IMG/VR virus record: IMGVR_UViG_3300024239_000013
Coordinates: 1-64,000 of that record
DNA length: 64,000 bases
Strand: one strand, 5' to 3'
Positions 40,222-49,839 of this stretch are shown here, piece by piece. The notes beneath the pieces were generated by a model. The model was not told where the DNA came from, ran no database searches, and saw nothing but the letters and a program-made list of their open reading frames with translations. Every line of letters begins with the position of its first letter. The first letter of the stretch is position 1. The translations under genes and the position numbers were made by a program.

Positions 40222-41106
40222 ATGATGAAAAGAATCTCGAATTATAAAACATTCATAAACGAAAGCTCGAGTGAAAATAAGCTGACTCAGAAACAACTTG
40301 ATTTTCTTAACAACCACGTTAAGGGATATTGGAAGTTGAATGCTGGAGTTGTTGATGTTGATGGCGATTTTGATTGTTTTAGTAAAGGGATATCAGACTT
40401 TAAAGGAATAGTGTTTGGAAAGGTTAGCGGAGATTTTGATTGCTCACGTAATAATTTAAGTTCTTTAAAAGGTGCTCCTAAAGAGGTTGGTGGACATTTT
40501 GATTGTTCACATAACAACTTAAAATCATTAGAAGGAGCTCCAAAACAGGTTAGTGGAGATTTTGATTGCTCACGTAATAATTTAAGTTCTTTGGAAGGTG
40601 CTCCTAAAGAGGTTGGTGGACATTTCCATTGTTCATACAACAAATTAACATCATTAGAAGGTTGTCCTAAAGAAGTTGGTGGACATTTTTATTGTTATGT
40701 TAACAAATTAACCTCATTAGAATTTGGTCCTAAAGAAGTTGGTGGAGATTTCGATTGCTCTGACAACAAATTAACCTCATTAGAATTTGGTCCCGAAGAG
40801 GTTGGGAGAAGCTTTAATTGCTCAAATAACAAATTAACATCATTAGAAGGAGCTCCTAAAGAAGTTGGTGGAGATTTACGATTTTCTCATAATGAGGGAA
40901 TATCAACCAAAACGATAGGTCTTATATTTGACAAAATGAAAAAGTCCAAATTGGACTATTCTGATGCTTTAAAATCTTTATGGAAAGAAATACCAGTAGA
41001 AGACAAAGTACTTTTATATTCATCAGATCTAGATTGGATTGAAGAAGATGAAGCGTCTAAATTAGTTAAGTTAAAGAAGTATAATAGCATAAAGAAAATG
41101 ATCTAA
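40222..41106 (+). CDS. LRR array paralogue 3 (7 repeats)
   Basis: Same caps and repeat. Confidence 0.95.
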   Translation: MMKRISNYKTFINESSSENKLTQKQLDFLNNHVKGYWKLNAGVVDVDGDFDCFSKGISDFKGIVFGKVSGDFDCSRNNLSSLKGAPKEVGGHFDCSHNNLKSLEGAPKQVSGDFDCSRNNLSSLEGAPKEVGGHFHCSYNKLTSLEGCPKEVGGHFYCYVNKLTSLEFGPKEVGGDFDCSDNKLTSLEFGPEEVGRSFNCSNNKLTSLEGAPKEVGGDLRFSHNEGISTKTIGLIFDKMKKSKLDYSDALKSLWKEIPVEDKVLLYSSDLDWIEEDEASKLVKLKKYNSIKKMI

Positions 41107-41125
41107 TATAATATAAAGAAGCATA

Positions 41126-42010
41126 ATGAAAAGAATCTCAAATTATAAAACATTCATAAACGAAAGCTCGAGTGAAAGTACGCTAACACCTGAACAAATT
41201 AATTTCCTTAACAATTATGTTAAGGGATATTGGAAGTTGAATGCTGATGGAGTTGTTGATGTAGATGGCCATTTTAGTTGTTTCAATAAAGGGTTATCAG
41301 ACTTTAAAGGAATAGTGTTTGGAAAGGTTAATAGAGATTTTGATTGTTCAAACAACAACTTAACCTCATTAGAAGGCTGTCCAAAAAAAGTTGGGGGAGA
41401 TTTTTTTTGTTATGTTAACAAATTAACCTCTTTAAAAGGATCGCCAAAAGAGGTTGGTGGTAGTTTTATTTGTTCAGGTAATAACATAATCACATTGGAA
41501 GATGCACCTAAAAAAACCAGAAGAAGCTTTGATTGCTCACATAATAAATTAACATCATTAGAATTCGGTCCAAAAGAGGTTGGAGGCAATTTTAACTGCT
41601 CGCATAATAAATTAACATCATTAGAAGGTGCTCCTGAAGAAGTTGGTGTGGATTTTTATTGTTATTATAACGAATTGAATAATCTAAAGGGTTCCTCGTA
41701 TGTAGTTGGAAGAGATTTTAACTGCTCGGATAATAAATTAACATCATTAGAAGGAGCTCCAAAAGAAATTGGAGATGATTTCATATTAGAAGATAATGAA
41801 GGTGTTTCTTCAGAAATCTTAAAAGAGATATTTAGAAAAATGTTAGAATCCAAATTGGACTATAAAACAGTTTTAAAATCTTTATGGAAAGAAATCTCAA
41901 TAGAAGATAAAATACTTTTATACACACCAGATCTAGACTGGGTTGAAGAAGATGAAGGGTCCAAATTAGTTAAGCTAAAGAAGTATAGCAACATAAAGAA
42001 AATGATCTAG
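41126..42010 (+). CDS. LRR array paralogue 4 (7 repeats)
   Basis: Same caps and repeat. Confidence 0.95.
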   Translation: MKRISNYKTFINESSSESTLTPEQINFLNNYVKGYWKLNADGVVDVDGHFSCFNKGLSDFKGIVFGKVNRDFDCSNNNLTSLEGCPKKVGGDFFCYVNKLTSLKGSPKEVGGSFICSGNNIITLEDAPKKTRRSFDCSHNKLTSLEFGPKEVGGNFNCSHNKLTSLEGAPEEVGVDFYCYYNELNNLKGSSYVVGRDFNCSDNKLTSLEGAPKEIGDDFILEDNEGVSSEILKEIFRKMLESKLDYKTVLKSLWKEISIEDKILLYTPDLDWVEEDEGSKLVKLKKYSNIKKMI

Positions 42011-42024
42011 TATAAATCAGCATA

Positions 42025-42969
42025 ATGAAAAGAATAATAAATTATAAAACATTCGTAAATGAAAGTTCAGGTGCAAGTACACTGACAACTGAACAAATAG
42101 ATTTCCTTAACAGGTATGTTAGGGGGAAATGGAAGTTGAATGCTGGAGTTGTTGATGTTGATGGCGATTTTGATTGTTTTAGTAAAGGGATATCAGACTT
42201 TAAAGGAATAGTGTTTGGAAAGGTTAGCGGAGATTTTGATTGCTCACGTAATAATTTAAGTTCTTTAAAAGGTGCTCCTAAAGAGGTTGGTGGACATTTT
42301 GATTGTTCACATAACAACTTAAAATCATTAGAAGATGCACCTAAAAAAACTGGACGTAGTTTTTATTGTTCGTATAATAAATTAACCTCATTAGAATTTG
42401 CTCCGGAAAGGGTGAGAAGTAGTTTTCATTGTCAGAATAACAGCTTAACCTCATTAGAAGGAGCTCCTAAAGAAGTTGGAGGGTATTTCGATTGCTCAAG
42501 CAACAACTTAACCTCATTAGAAGGAGCTCCAAAAGAGATTGGGTATGATTTCGATTGCTCACACAACAACTTAACCACATTAGAAGGCTGTCCAAAAGAA
42601 ATTGTTGAAGATTTCGATTGCTCACACAACAACTTAACCACATTGGAATTCTCTCCAGAGAAAGTTGGTGTTAATTTTTATTGCTTCAATAACAACTTAA
42701 TTTCATTAAAAGGAGCTCCAAAAGAGATTGGATATGATTTCATATTAAAAAATAATGAAGGAGCATCATCAGAAATCTTAAAAGAGATATTTAGAAAAAT
42801 GTTAGAATCCAAATTGGACTACTCTGATGTTTTAAAATCCCTTTGGGATGAAATACCAATAAAAGATAAAATAGTTCTATATACCCCTGATCTAGACTGG
42901 GTTGAAGAAGATGAAGCGTCTAAATTATCTAAGTTAAAGAAGTATAGCAACATAAAGAAAATGATCTAG
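42025..42969 (+). CDS. LRR array paralogue 5 (8 repeats; mosaic)
   Basis: Same caps and repeat; blocks identical to paralogues 2, 3, 4, 6 and 7. Confidence 0.95.
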   Translation: MKRIINYKTFVNESSGASTLTTEQIDFLNRYVRGKWKLNAGVVDVDGDFDCFSKGISDFKGIVFGKVSGDFDCSRNNLSSLKGAPKEVGGHFDCSHNNLKSLEDAPKKTGRSFYCSYNKLTSLEFAPERVRSSFHCQNNSLTSLEGAPKEVGGYFDCSSNNLTSLEGAPKEIGYDFDCSHNNLTTLEGCPKEIVEDFDCSHNNLTTLEFSPEKVGVNFYCFNNNLISLKGAPKEIGYDFILKNNEGASSEILKEIFRKMLESKLDYSDVLKSLWDEIPIKDKIVLYTPDLDWVEEDEASKLSKLKKYSNIKKMI

Positions 42970-42983
42970 TATAAATCAGCATA

Positions 42984-43868
42984 ATGAAAAGAATAATAAA
43001 TTATAAAACATTCGTAAATGAAAGTTCAGGTGCAAGTACACTGACAACTGAACAAATAGATTTCCTTAACAGGTATGTTAGGGGGAAATGGAAGTTGAAT
43101 AATGATGGGGTTGTTGATGTAGATGGGGATTTTAATTGTTTTAATAAAGGGTTATCAGACTTTAAAGAAATAAAATTTGGAAAAGTTACAGGATATTTTG
43201 ATTGCTCTAAGAACAACTTAACCTCATTAGAGGGTTCACCAAAAAAAGTTGGTGTAGATTTTTATTGTAGTCATAACAAATTAACCTCATTAGAAGGAGC
43301 GCCTATAGAAGTTTATAGAAGTTTCGATTGCAAGGGTAACAAATTAACCTCGTTAGAATTCGGTCCAAAAAAGGTGGAGGGAAATTTTATTTGTTCAATT
43401 AACAAATTAACCTCGTTAGAATTCGGTCCAAAAGGAGTTCCTGGAACTTTCAATTGTTCATTTAACAAATTAACCTCGTTAGAATTCGGTCCAAAAGAAG
43501 TCGGAAGTAGTTTTAATTGCTCATTTAACAACTTAACCTCATTAGAATTCTCTCCAGAGAAAGTTGATGTTGATTTTTATTGCTCGAATAATAAATTAAC
43601 ATCATTAGAAGGTGTCCCAAAAGAAATTGGTGGATATTTCTGGTGTTCTTATAATGTTGGACTATCGACAGATATAATAAATCTTATATTCAGAAAAATG
43701 ATAAAGTATAGATCTGATTATAAAACAGTTTTAAAATCTTTATGGAAAGAAATCTCAATAGAAGACAAGATACTTTTATATTCATCAGATCTAGATTGGA
43801 TTGAAGAAGATGAAGCGGCTAAATTAGCTAAGTTAAAGAAGTATAGCAACATAAAGAAAATGATCTAG
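42984..43868 (+). CDS. LRR array paralogue 6 (7 repeats)
   Basis: Same caps and repeat. Confidence 0.95.
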   Translation: MKRIINYKTFVNESSGASTLTTEQIDFLNRYVRGKWKLNNDGVVDVDGDFNCFNKGLSDFKEIKFGKVTGYFDCSKNNLTSLEGSPKKVGVDFYCSHNKLTSLEGAPIEVYRSFDCKGNKLTSLEFGPKKVEGNFICSINKLTSLEFGPKGVPGTFNCSFNKLTSLEFGPKEVGSSFNCSFNNLTSLEFSPEKVDVDFYCSNNKLTSLEGVPKEIGGYFWCSYNVGLSTDIINLIFRKMIKYRSDYKTVLKSLWKEISIEDKILLYSSDLDWIEEDEAAKLAKLKKYSNIKKMI

Positions 43869-43882
43869 TATAAATCAGCATA

Positions 43883-44830
43883 ATGAAAAGAATAATAAAT
43901 TATAAAACATTCATAAACGAAAGCTCGAGTGAAAATAACTTGACACCTGAACAGATATATTTCCTGAACAAGCAGATTAAGGGGAAATGGAAGTTGAATG
44001 CTGATGGGGTTGTTGATGTTGTTGGAAATATCCATTGTTCACATAGAGAAATATCGGACTTCAAGGGAATAAAATTCGGAAAAGTTACTGGGTATTTTGA
44101 TTGCTCAAATAACAACTTAACATCATTAGAGGGTTGTCCAAAAGAGGTTGGTGGACATTTTTATTGTTCATATAACAGCTTAACATCATTAGAGGGTTGT
44201 CCAAAAGAGGTTGGGGGACATTTTTATTGTCAACGTAACAACTTAACCTCATTAGAAGGTGGTCCAGAAAGAGTGAATGGAGATTTCATTTGTTATGGTA
44301 ACAAATTAGCTTCATTAGAATTTGGACCCAAGGAGGTTAGAGGTACTTTCGATTGCTCAAATAACAAATTAACATCCTTAGAAGGATGCTCTAAAGAGGT
44401 GAATGGAGATTTCGATTGCACATATAACAAATTAACATCATTAGAATTCTCTCCAGTTAAAGTTGGTGGTACTTTCGATTGTTCAGATAATAACTTAACC
44501 TCATTAGAATTTGGACCTGAAGATGTTGGGGGAGGCTTTAATTGTTCCCGTAATAAATTAACCTCATTAGAAGGAGCTCCTAAAGAAGTTGGAGGTACTT
44601 TACGATGTTTTTATAATGAGGGTTTATCAAACGAAACAATAGGTCTTATATTTGAAAAAATGATAAAATCCAGATTGGATTATAAAACAGTTTTAAAATC
44701 TTTATGGGGAGAAATACCAATAAAAGATAAAATAGTTCTATATACCCCTGATCTGGATTGGGTTGAAGGAGATGAAGCGGCTAAATTATCTAATCTAAAG
44801 AAGTATAGCAACATAAAGAAAATGATCTAA
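43883..44830 (+). CDS. LRR array paralogue 7 (8 repeats)
   Basis: Same caps and repeat. Confidence 0.95.
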   Translation: MKRIINYKTFINESSSENNLTPEQIYFLNKQIKGKWKLNADGVVDVVGNIHCSHREISDFKGIKFGKVTGYFDCSNNNLTSLEGCPKEVGGHFYCSYNSLTSLEGCPKEVGGHFYCQRNNLTSLEGGPERVNGDFICYGNKLASLEFGPKEVRGTFDCSNNKLTSLEGCSKEVNGDFDCTYNKLTSLEFSPVKVGGTFDCSDNNLTSLEFGPEDVGGGFNCSRNKLTSLEGAPKEVGGTLRCFYNEGLSNETIGLIFEKMIKSRLDYKTVLKSLWGEIPIKDKIVLYTPDLDWVEGDEAAKLSNLKKYSNIKKMI

Positions 44831-44846
44831 TATAATATAAAAAAAC

Positions 44847-45794
44847 ATGATGAAAAGAATAGTAAATTATAAAACATTCATAAACGAAAGCTCTGGTGAA
44901 AATAACCTGACCCCAGAACAAATTGATTTCCTTAACAACTATGTTAAGGGGAAATGGAAGTTTAATGTTGGAGTTGTTGATATTGATGGCGATTTTAGTT
45001 GTTTCGATAGAGGAATATCTGACTTTAAAGGAATAGTGTTTGGAAGGGTTACCGGTCATTTTGACTGTTCGGATAACAACTTAACATCATTAGAAGGTTG
45101 TCCAAAAGAGGTTGGTGGAAATTTTTATTGTCATTATAACAACTTAACCTCATTAGAAGGTTGTCCAAAAGAGGTTGGCGGACATTTTTATTGTCATTAT
45201 AACAACTTAACATCATTAGAAGGTTGTCCAAAAAAAGTGAATGGAGATTTCGATTGCACAGATAACAACTTAACCTCATTAGAATTCGGTCCAAAAGAGA
45301 TTAATGGACATTTTTATTGTTATGATAACAGCTTAACCTCATTAGAATTTGGTCCCGAAAGAGTGAATGGAGATTTTGATTGTTCGAATAACAACTTAAC
45401 CTCATTAGAATTTGGACCCAAAGAGGTTGGTGGTACTTTCGATTGCTCACGTAATAACTTAAGCTCGTTAGAAGGTGTTCCTGAAAAGCTGAACGGAGTT
45501 TTTTATTTCTCATGTAACAAATTAACCTCATTAGAAGGTGCTCCTAAAAAACTAGGATCACAATTTTTTTGTGAGAATAATGAAGGGATATCAACCAAAA
45601 CGATAAATCTTATATTTGACAAAATGGAAACCTCCAAATCTGATTATAAAACAGTTTTAAAATCTTTATGGAAAGAAATACCAATAGAAGATAAAATACT
45701 TTTATACACCCCAGATCTTGATTGGGTTGAAGAAGATGAAGGGTCTAAATTAGCTAAGTTAAAGAAGTATAGCAACATAAAGAAAATGATCTAA
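44847..45794 (+). CDS. LRR array paralogue 8 (8 repeats)
   Basis: Same caps and repeat. Confidence 0.95.
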   Translation: MMKRIVNYKTFINESSGENNLTPEQIDFLNNYVKGKWKFNVGVVDIDGDFSCFDRGISDFKGIVFGRVTGHFDCSDNNLTSLEGCPKEVGGNFYCHYNNLTSLEGCPKEVGGHFYCHYNNLTSLEGCPKKVNGDFDCTDNNLTSLEFGPKEINGHFYCYDNSLTSLEFGPERVNGDFDCSNNNLTSLEFGPKEVGGTFDCSRNNLSSLEGVPEKLNGVFYFSCNKLTSLEGAPKKLGSQFFCENNEGISTKTINLIFDKMETSKSDYKTVLKSLWKEIPIEDKILLYTPDLDWVEEDEGSKLAKLKKYSNIKKMI

Positions 45795-45812
45795 TATAAT
45801 ATAAAGAGCACA

Positions 45813-46508
45813 ATGAAAAGAATAGTAAATTATAAAACTTTCATAAATGAAAGTGCAGGTGCAAGTACACTGACTTCAGAACAGATAGATTTCCTTAACA
45901 ACTATGTTAAGGGGAAATGGAAGCTGAATGGTGAAGGATTTATTGATATAGATGGTGATTTTAGTTGTTTCGATAAAGGGTTATCAGACTTTAGATGGAT
46001 AAAATTTGGAAAAGTTACAGGGTATTTTTATTGTTCATATAATGGATTGACATCATTAGAGGGAGCACCAAAAAAAGTTGGTTTGAGTTTTTATTGTCAT
46101 AATAACAAATTAACATCATTGGATGGCTCTCCTAAAGAGATTGGTGGAAATTTCGATTGCTCTGACAACAAATTAACCTCATTAGAATTCTCACCCGAAA
46201 GTGTAAAGGGGAGCTTTGATTGCTCATATAACAACTTAACATCATTAGAATTTGGTCCTAAAGAAGTTGGCGGAGATTTACGATTTTCTCATAATGAGGG
46301 ATTGTCAACCAAAACGATAGGTCTTATATTTGACAAAATGGAAAAGTCCAAATTGGACTATAAAACAGTTTTAAAATCTTTATGGAAAGAAATACCAATA
46401 GAAGATAAAATACTTTTATACAATGCGGATCTAGATTGGATTGAAGGAGATGAAGCGGCTAAATTAGCTAAGTTGAATAAATATAGCAACATAAAGAAAA
46501 TGATCTAA
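45813..46508 (+). CDS. LRR array paralogue 9 (4 repeats)
   Basis: Same caps and repeat. Confidence 0.95.
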   Translation: MKRIVNYKTFINESAGASTLTSEQIDFLNNYVKGKWKLNGEGFIDIDGDFSCFDKGLSDFRWIKFGKVTGYFYCSYNGLTSLEGAPKKVGLSFYCHNNKLTSLDGSPKEIGGNFDCSDNKLTSLEFSPESVKGSFDCSYNNLTSLEFGPKEVGGDLRFSHNEGLSTKTIGLIFDKMEKSKLDYKTVLKSLWKEIPIEDKILLYNADLDWIEGDEAAKLAKLNKYSNIKKMI

Positions 46509-46527
46509 TATAATATAAAGAAACATA

Positions 46528-47412
46528 ATGAAAAGAATAGTAAATTATAAAGCATTCATAAACGAAATCTCGAGTGAAAATAACTTGACACCAGAACAGA
46601 TAGATTTCCTTAACAGGTATGTTGAGGGGAAATGGAAGTTGAATGCTGATGGAGCTGTTGATGTAGATGGCGATTTTAGTTGTTTCGATAAAGGGTTATC
46701 AGACTTTAAAGGAATAGTGTTTGAGAAGATTAGTGGAGATTTTGACTGTTCGGCTAACAGCTTAATATCATTAGAAGGTTGTCCAAAAGAGGTTAATGGA
46801 TATTTTTATTGTCATTATAACAAACTAACCTCATTAGAATTTGGTCCTGAAAGTGTAGATGGAGATTTCGATTGTTCGAATAACAATTTAACTTCATTAG
46901 AATTTGGACCCAAAGAGGTTGGTGGAAATTTTGACTGTTCATACAACAAATTAACCTCATTAGAAGTCTGTCCAAAAAAAGTTGGGGGAACTTTCAATTG
47001 TTCATTTAATAAATTAACATCATTAGAATTCAGTCCAAAAGAGGTTGGTGGTAGTTTCAATTGCTCATTTAACAACTTAACATCGTTGCAATTCTCTCCA
47101 GAGAAAGTTGATGCTTATTTTCATTGTTCAAATAACAACTTAACCTCATTAGAAGGGGTATCAAAAGAAGTTGGAGGGAATTTAAGATGTTTTTATAATG
47201 AAGGGCTATCAACCGAAACAATAAATCTTATATTTGACAAAATGATAAAGTCCAAATTGGACTATTCTGATGCTTTAAAATCTTTATGGAAAGAAATACC
47301 AGTAGAAGACAAAGTACTTTTATACACACCCGATCTAGATTGGGTTGAAGAAGACGAAGCGTCTAAATTAGCTAAGCTAAAGAAGTATAGCAGCATAAAG
47401 AAAATGATCTAG
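46528..47412 (+). CDS. LRR array paralogue 10 (7 repeats)
   Basis: Same caps and repeat. Confidence 0.95.
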   Translation: MKRIVNYKAFINEISSENNLTPEQIDFLNRYVEGKWKLNADGAVDVDGDFSCFDKGLSDFKGIVFEKISGDFDCSANSLISLEGCPKEVNGYFYCHYNKLTSLEFGPESVDGDFDCSNNNLTSLEFGPKEVGGNFDCSYNKLTSLEVCPKKVGGTFNCSFNKLTSLEFSPKEVGGSFNCSFNNLTSLQFSPEKVDAYFHCSNNNLTSLEGVSKEVGGNLRCFYNEGLSTETINLIFDKMIKSKLDYSDALKSLWKEIPVEDKVLLYTPDLDWVEEDEASKLAKLKKYSSIKKMI

Positions 47413-47426
47413 TATAAAGAAGAATA

Positions 47427-48374
47427 ATGAAAAGAATAGTAAATTATAAAACTTTTATAAACGAAAGTTCAGGTGCAAGTACACTGACAACTGAACAGAT
47501 AGATTTCCTTAACAGGTATGTTAAGGGGAAATGGAAGTTGAATGATAATGGAGTTGTTGATGTTGATGGTGATTTTAGTTGTTCCGATAAAGAAATATCA
47601 GACTTTAAAGGAATAATATTTGGAAAAGTTACCGGTCATTTCTATTGCTCAAGTAACAACTTAAGATCATTAGAAGGTTGTCCCAAAGAGGTTGGAGGGG
47701 GTTTCAATTGCTCACGTAATGAATTAACATCATTGGAAGGTTGTCCAGAAAGGGTGAATGGAGATTTCATTTGTTATGGTAACAACTTAACCTCATTAGA
47801 AGGTTGTACAGAAAGAGTGAATGGAGATTTCATTTGTTCGGCTAACAACTTAACCTCATTAGAAGGCTGCCCTAAGGAAGTTGAGGGATTTTTCAATTGT
47901 TCATTTAATAAATTAGCTTCTTTAGAAGGATGTCCTGGAGAAATTGGAAGTAGTTTTTATTGTTCGTATAACAAATTAACCTCATTAGAATTTGGCCCAG
48001 AAATGGTGAATGGAGATTTCGTTTGTTCAGATAACAAATTAACCTCGTTAGAATTCAGTCCAAAAGAAGTTGGTGGTAATTTTATTTGTTCAGATAACAA
48101 CTTAACATCATTAGAGGGAATATCAAAAAAAGTTGGGGGATCTTTATGGTGTTCTTCTAATGAAGGACTATCAACCGAAACGATAGATCTTATATTTGAT
48201 AAAATCATAAAGTTCAAATTGGACTATTTGGATGCTTTAAATTTTTTATGGGAGGATATCCCAATAGAAGATAAAGTACTTTTATACACACCCGATTTAG
48301 ATTGGATTGAAGGAGAGGAAGCGGTTAAATTATCTAATCTAAAGAAGTATAGTAAAATAAAGAAAATGATATAA
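47427..48374 (+). CDS. LRR array paralogue 11 (8 repeats)
   Basis: Same caps and repeat. Confidence 0.95.
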   Translation: MKRIVNYKTFINESSGASTLTTEQIDFLNRYVKGKWKLNDNGVVDVDGDFSCSDKEISDFKGIIFGKVTGHFYCSSNNLRSLEGCPKEVGGGFNCSRNELTSLEGCPERVNGDFICYGNNLTSLEGCTERVNGDFICSANNLTSLEGCPKEVEGFFNCSFNKLASLEGCPGEIGSSFYCSYNKLTSLEFGPEMVNGDFVCSDNKLTSLEFSPKEVGGNFICSDNNLTSLEGISKKVGGSLWCSSNEGLSTETIDLIFDKIIKFKLDYLDALNFLWEDIPIEDKVLLYTPDLDWIEGEEAVKLSNLKKYSKIKKMI

Positions 48375-48418
48375 TACGGGGATTATAGAATACATAATAG
48401 AAAAAAATAATAAACGAT

Positions 48419-48877
48419 ATGAGATATATTCAACTTTACGAGAACTTCTCGGTATTAAATGAGACTACCATTGATAGATTTAGTCCTGATGTTATTAGAG
48501 GTCAAGATGCAATCGATTCTCAATTTTTTAATAAATTGATGCCAAAAACAGCAAAAACAACATCAGAAGCTCAGAACAGGATATTATCATTTTCTGGCGG
48601 TACTATGTTTGTACATTATCAATACTTCATTGTTACACCAAAGGGAAATACCCCCGATAGACCTATTTATAGAATACATAATAGCCAATATTGGTTAAAT
48701 GACTACCAATTAATTAGGCAGGGTAAAAATGGACAGGATGTAAACGTAACCGAGATTTACATAACCGACATTACAGATCCCAAAAACGAGATTAGACTCG
48801 GATCGGTTTATGTTGATACTAGAATTTATTTAGATGAACAAAAAATTGTTTTTGATGTACTCAAGAGTCATTCATAA
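48419..48877 (+). CDS. Hypothetical protein with CTS-like N-terminus (MRYIQLYENFSVLNE)
   Basis: Shared N-terminal motif. Confidence 0.8.
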   Translation: MRYIQLYENFSVLNETTIDRFSPDVIRGQDAIDSQFFNKLMPKTAKTTSEAQNRILSFSGGTMFVHYQYFIVTPKGNTPDRPIYRIHNSQYWLNDYQLIRQGKNGQDVNVTEIYITDITDPKNEIRLGSVYVDTRIYLDEQKIVFDVLKSHS

Positions 48878-48969
48878 AAAGATAATAAAAATTGAATGAA
48901 TTAAATTTAAGTATTCAGACAATATTTAAAGAAGATCTTAAGTGTTTATATTTTAATGATATATATAAA

Positions 48970-49476
48970 ATGAATAAAATATTAACATTAAGCGCATTGA
49001 TAGCTCCGGTTATTTATGAAGCTCAGATCACAGTGATGAACCAGAGTTCCATAGAATCGGGACTAAAGATAGTAAAAGGATTAATCAAAAGAGGGTTTAC
49101 TCCTAAAGCTGCAGCTGCAATAGCAGGAAATATGTGGCAGGAATCTAGGTTTAATCCAAAGATTAGCCACAAAAACTCTCAGCACGTTGGTATAGTACAA
49201 TGGGGTGGTAAGAGAAAGCAAAACCTAATGAAAAGATCTGGATGGAGCAGATTAGAAACACAATTAGATTTTGTTAAACATGAATTTGATACAAACGATC
49301 AGTTTAAAAAGCTACTAAAGAACATCGAAAAGGTGTCATTGAAAAAAGCAACCGAAGCAGTTGCAAGAACCTATGAGGGATGCAGAGATCCTCATCACCC
49401 AAATAGGAATTCGGCTGCACAAAAACTGTTTGAAGCATATAAAAAAGAAAAACAGACAGTAGATATAATAGAATAA
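48970..49476 (+). CDS. Phage tail lysozyme (Phage_lysozyme2-like)
   Basis: AAAIAGNMWQESRFNP, GIVQW...R, QLDF; start re-called after GATATATA. Confidence 0.85.
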   Translation: MNKILTLSALIAPVIYEAQITVMNQSSIESGLKIVKGLIKRGFTPKAAAAIAGNMWQESRFNPKISHKNSQHVGIVQWGGKRKQNLMKRSGWSRLETQLDFVKHEFDTNDQFKKLLKNIEKVSLKKATEAVARTYEGCRDPHHPNRNSAAQKLFEAYKKEKQTVDIIE

Positions 49477-49495
49477 AAATTAAAAATATAAGGAT

Positions 49496-49771
49496 ATGAA
49501 AAACATAAAACTATATGAAAATTTCATTAACGAAAAAATTTCATCCGAAGCTGTTTATATTCACAATATAACCGGTGCTGGACAACAATCTATTCAAAAC
49601 TTTATTGACGACAATAATATAGACGCTGATAAATTAGCGGAATATGTGAAAGTAAATAAGGATCATAAAGAAAAGTATGATGTAAGAGATATGATTTCAG
49701 GAACTGGACTAGGATCAGATAAAAATAGAAGAGAAAATTTTATTAAAAAATTCAAGAGAGGTAAAAAATAG
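49496..49771 (+). CDS. Small protein with CTS-like N-terminus (MKNIKLYENFINE)
   Basis: Shared N-terminal motif. Confidence 0.8.
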   Translation: MKNIKLYENFINEKISSEAVYIHNITGAGQQSIQNFIDDNNIDADKLAEYVKVNKDHKEKYDVRDMISGTGLGSDKNRRENFIKKFKRGKK

Positions 49772-49839
49772 AACTATTTAATTCGAAACACATTAAAAAA
49801 TCATATCTATAATTTAGATATGATTTTTTTTAGGATATT

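Noticed and set aside
38682-48217. Antisense ORFs inside the LRR genes
   Set aside because: Shadows of the repetitive sense-strand codons, with no independent signals.
38668-48374. Diversity-generating retroelement as the source of LRR variation (many variable codons are NNT, e.g. GAT/TAT/AAT/CAT)
   Set aside because: No reverse transcriptase or non-coding template repeat in the window; differences also hit non-adenine and synonymous sites; NNT bias is expected in an AT-rich genome. A distant RT/TR cannot be excluded without a genome-wide search.
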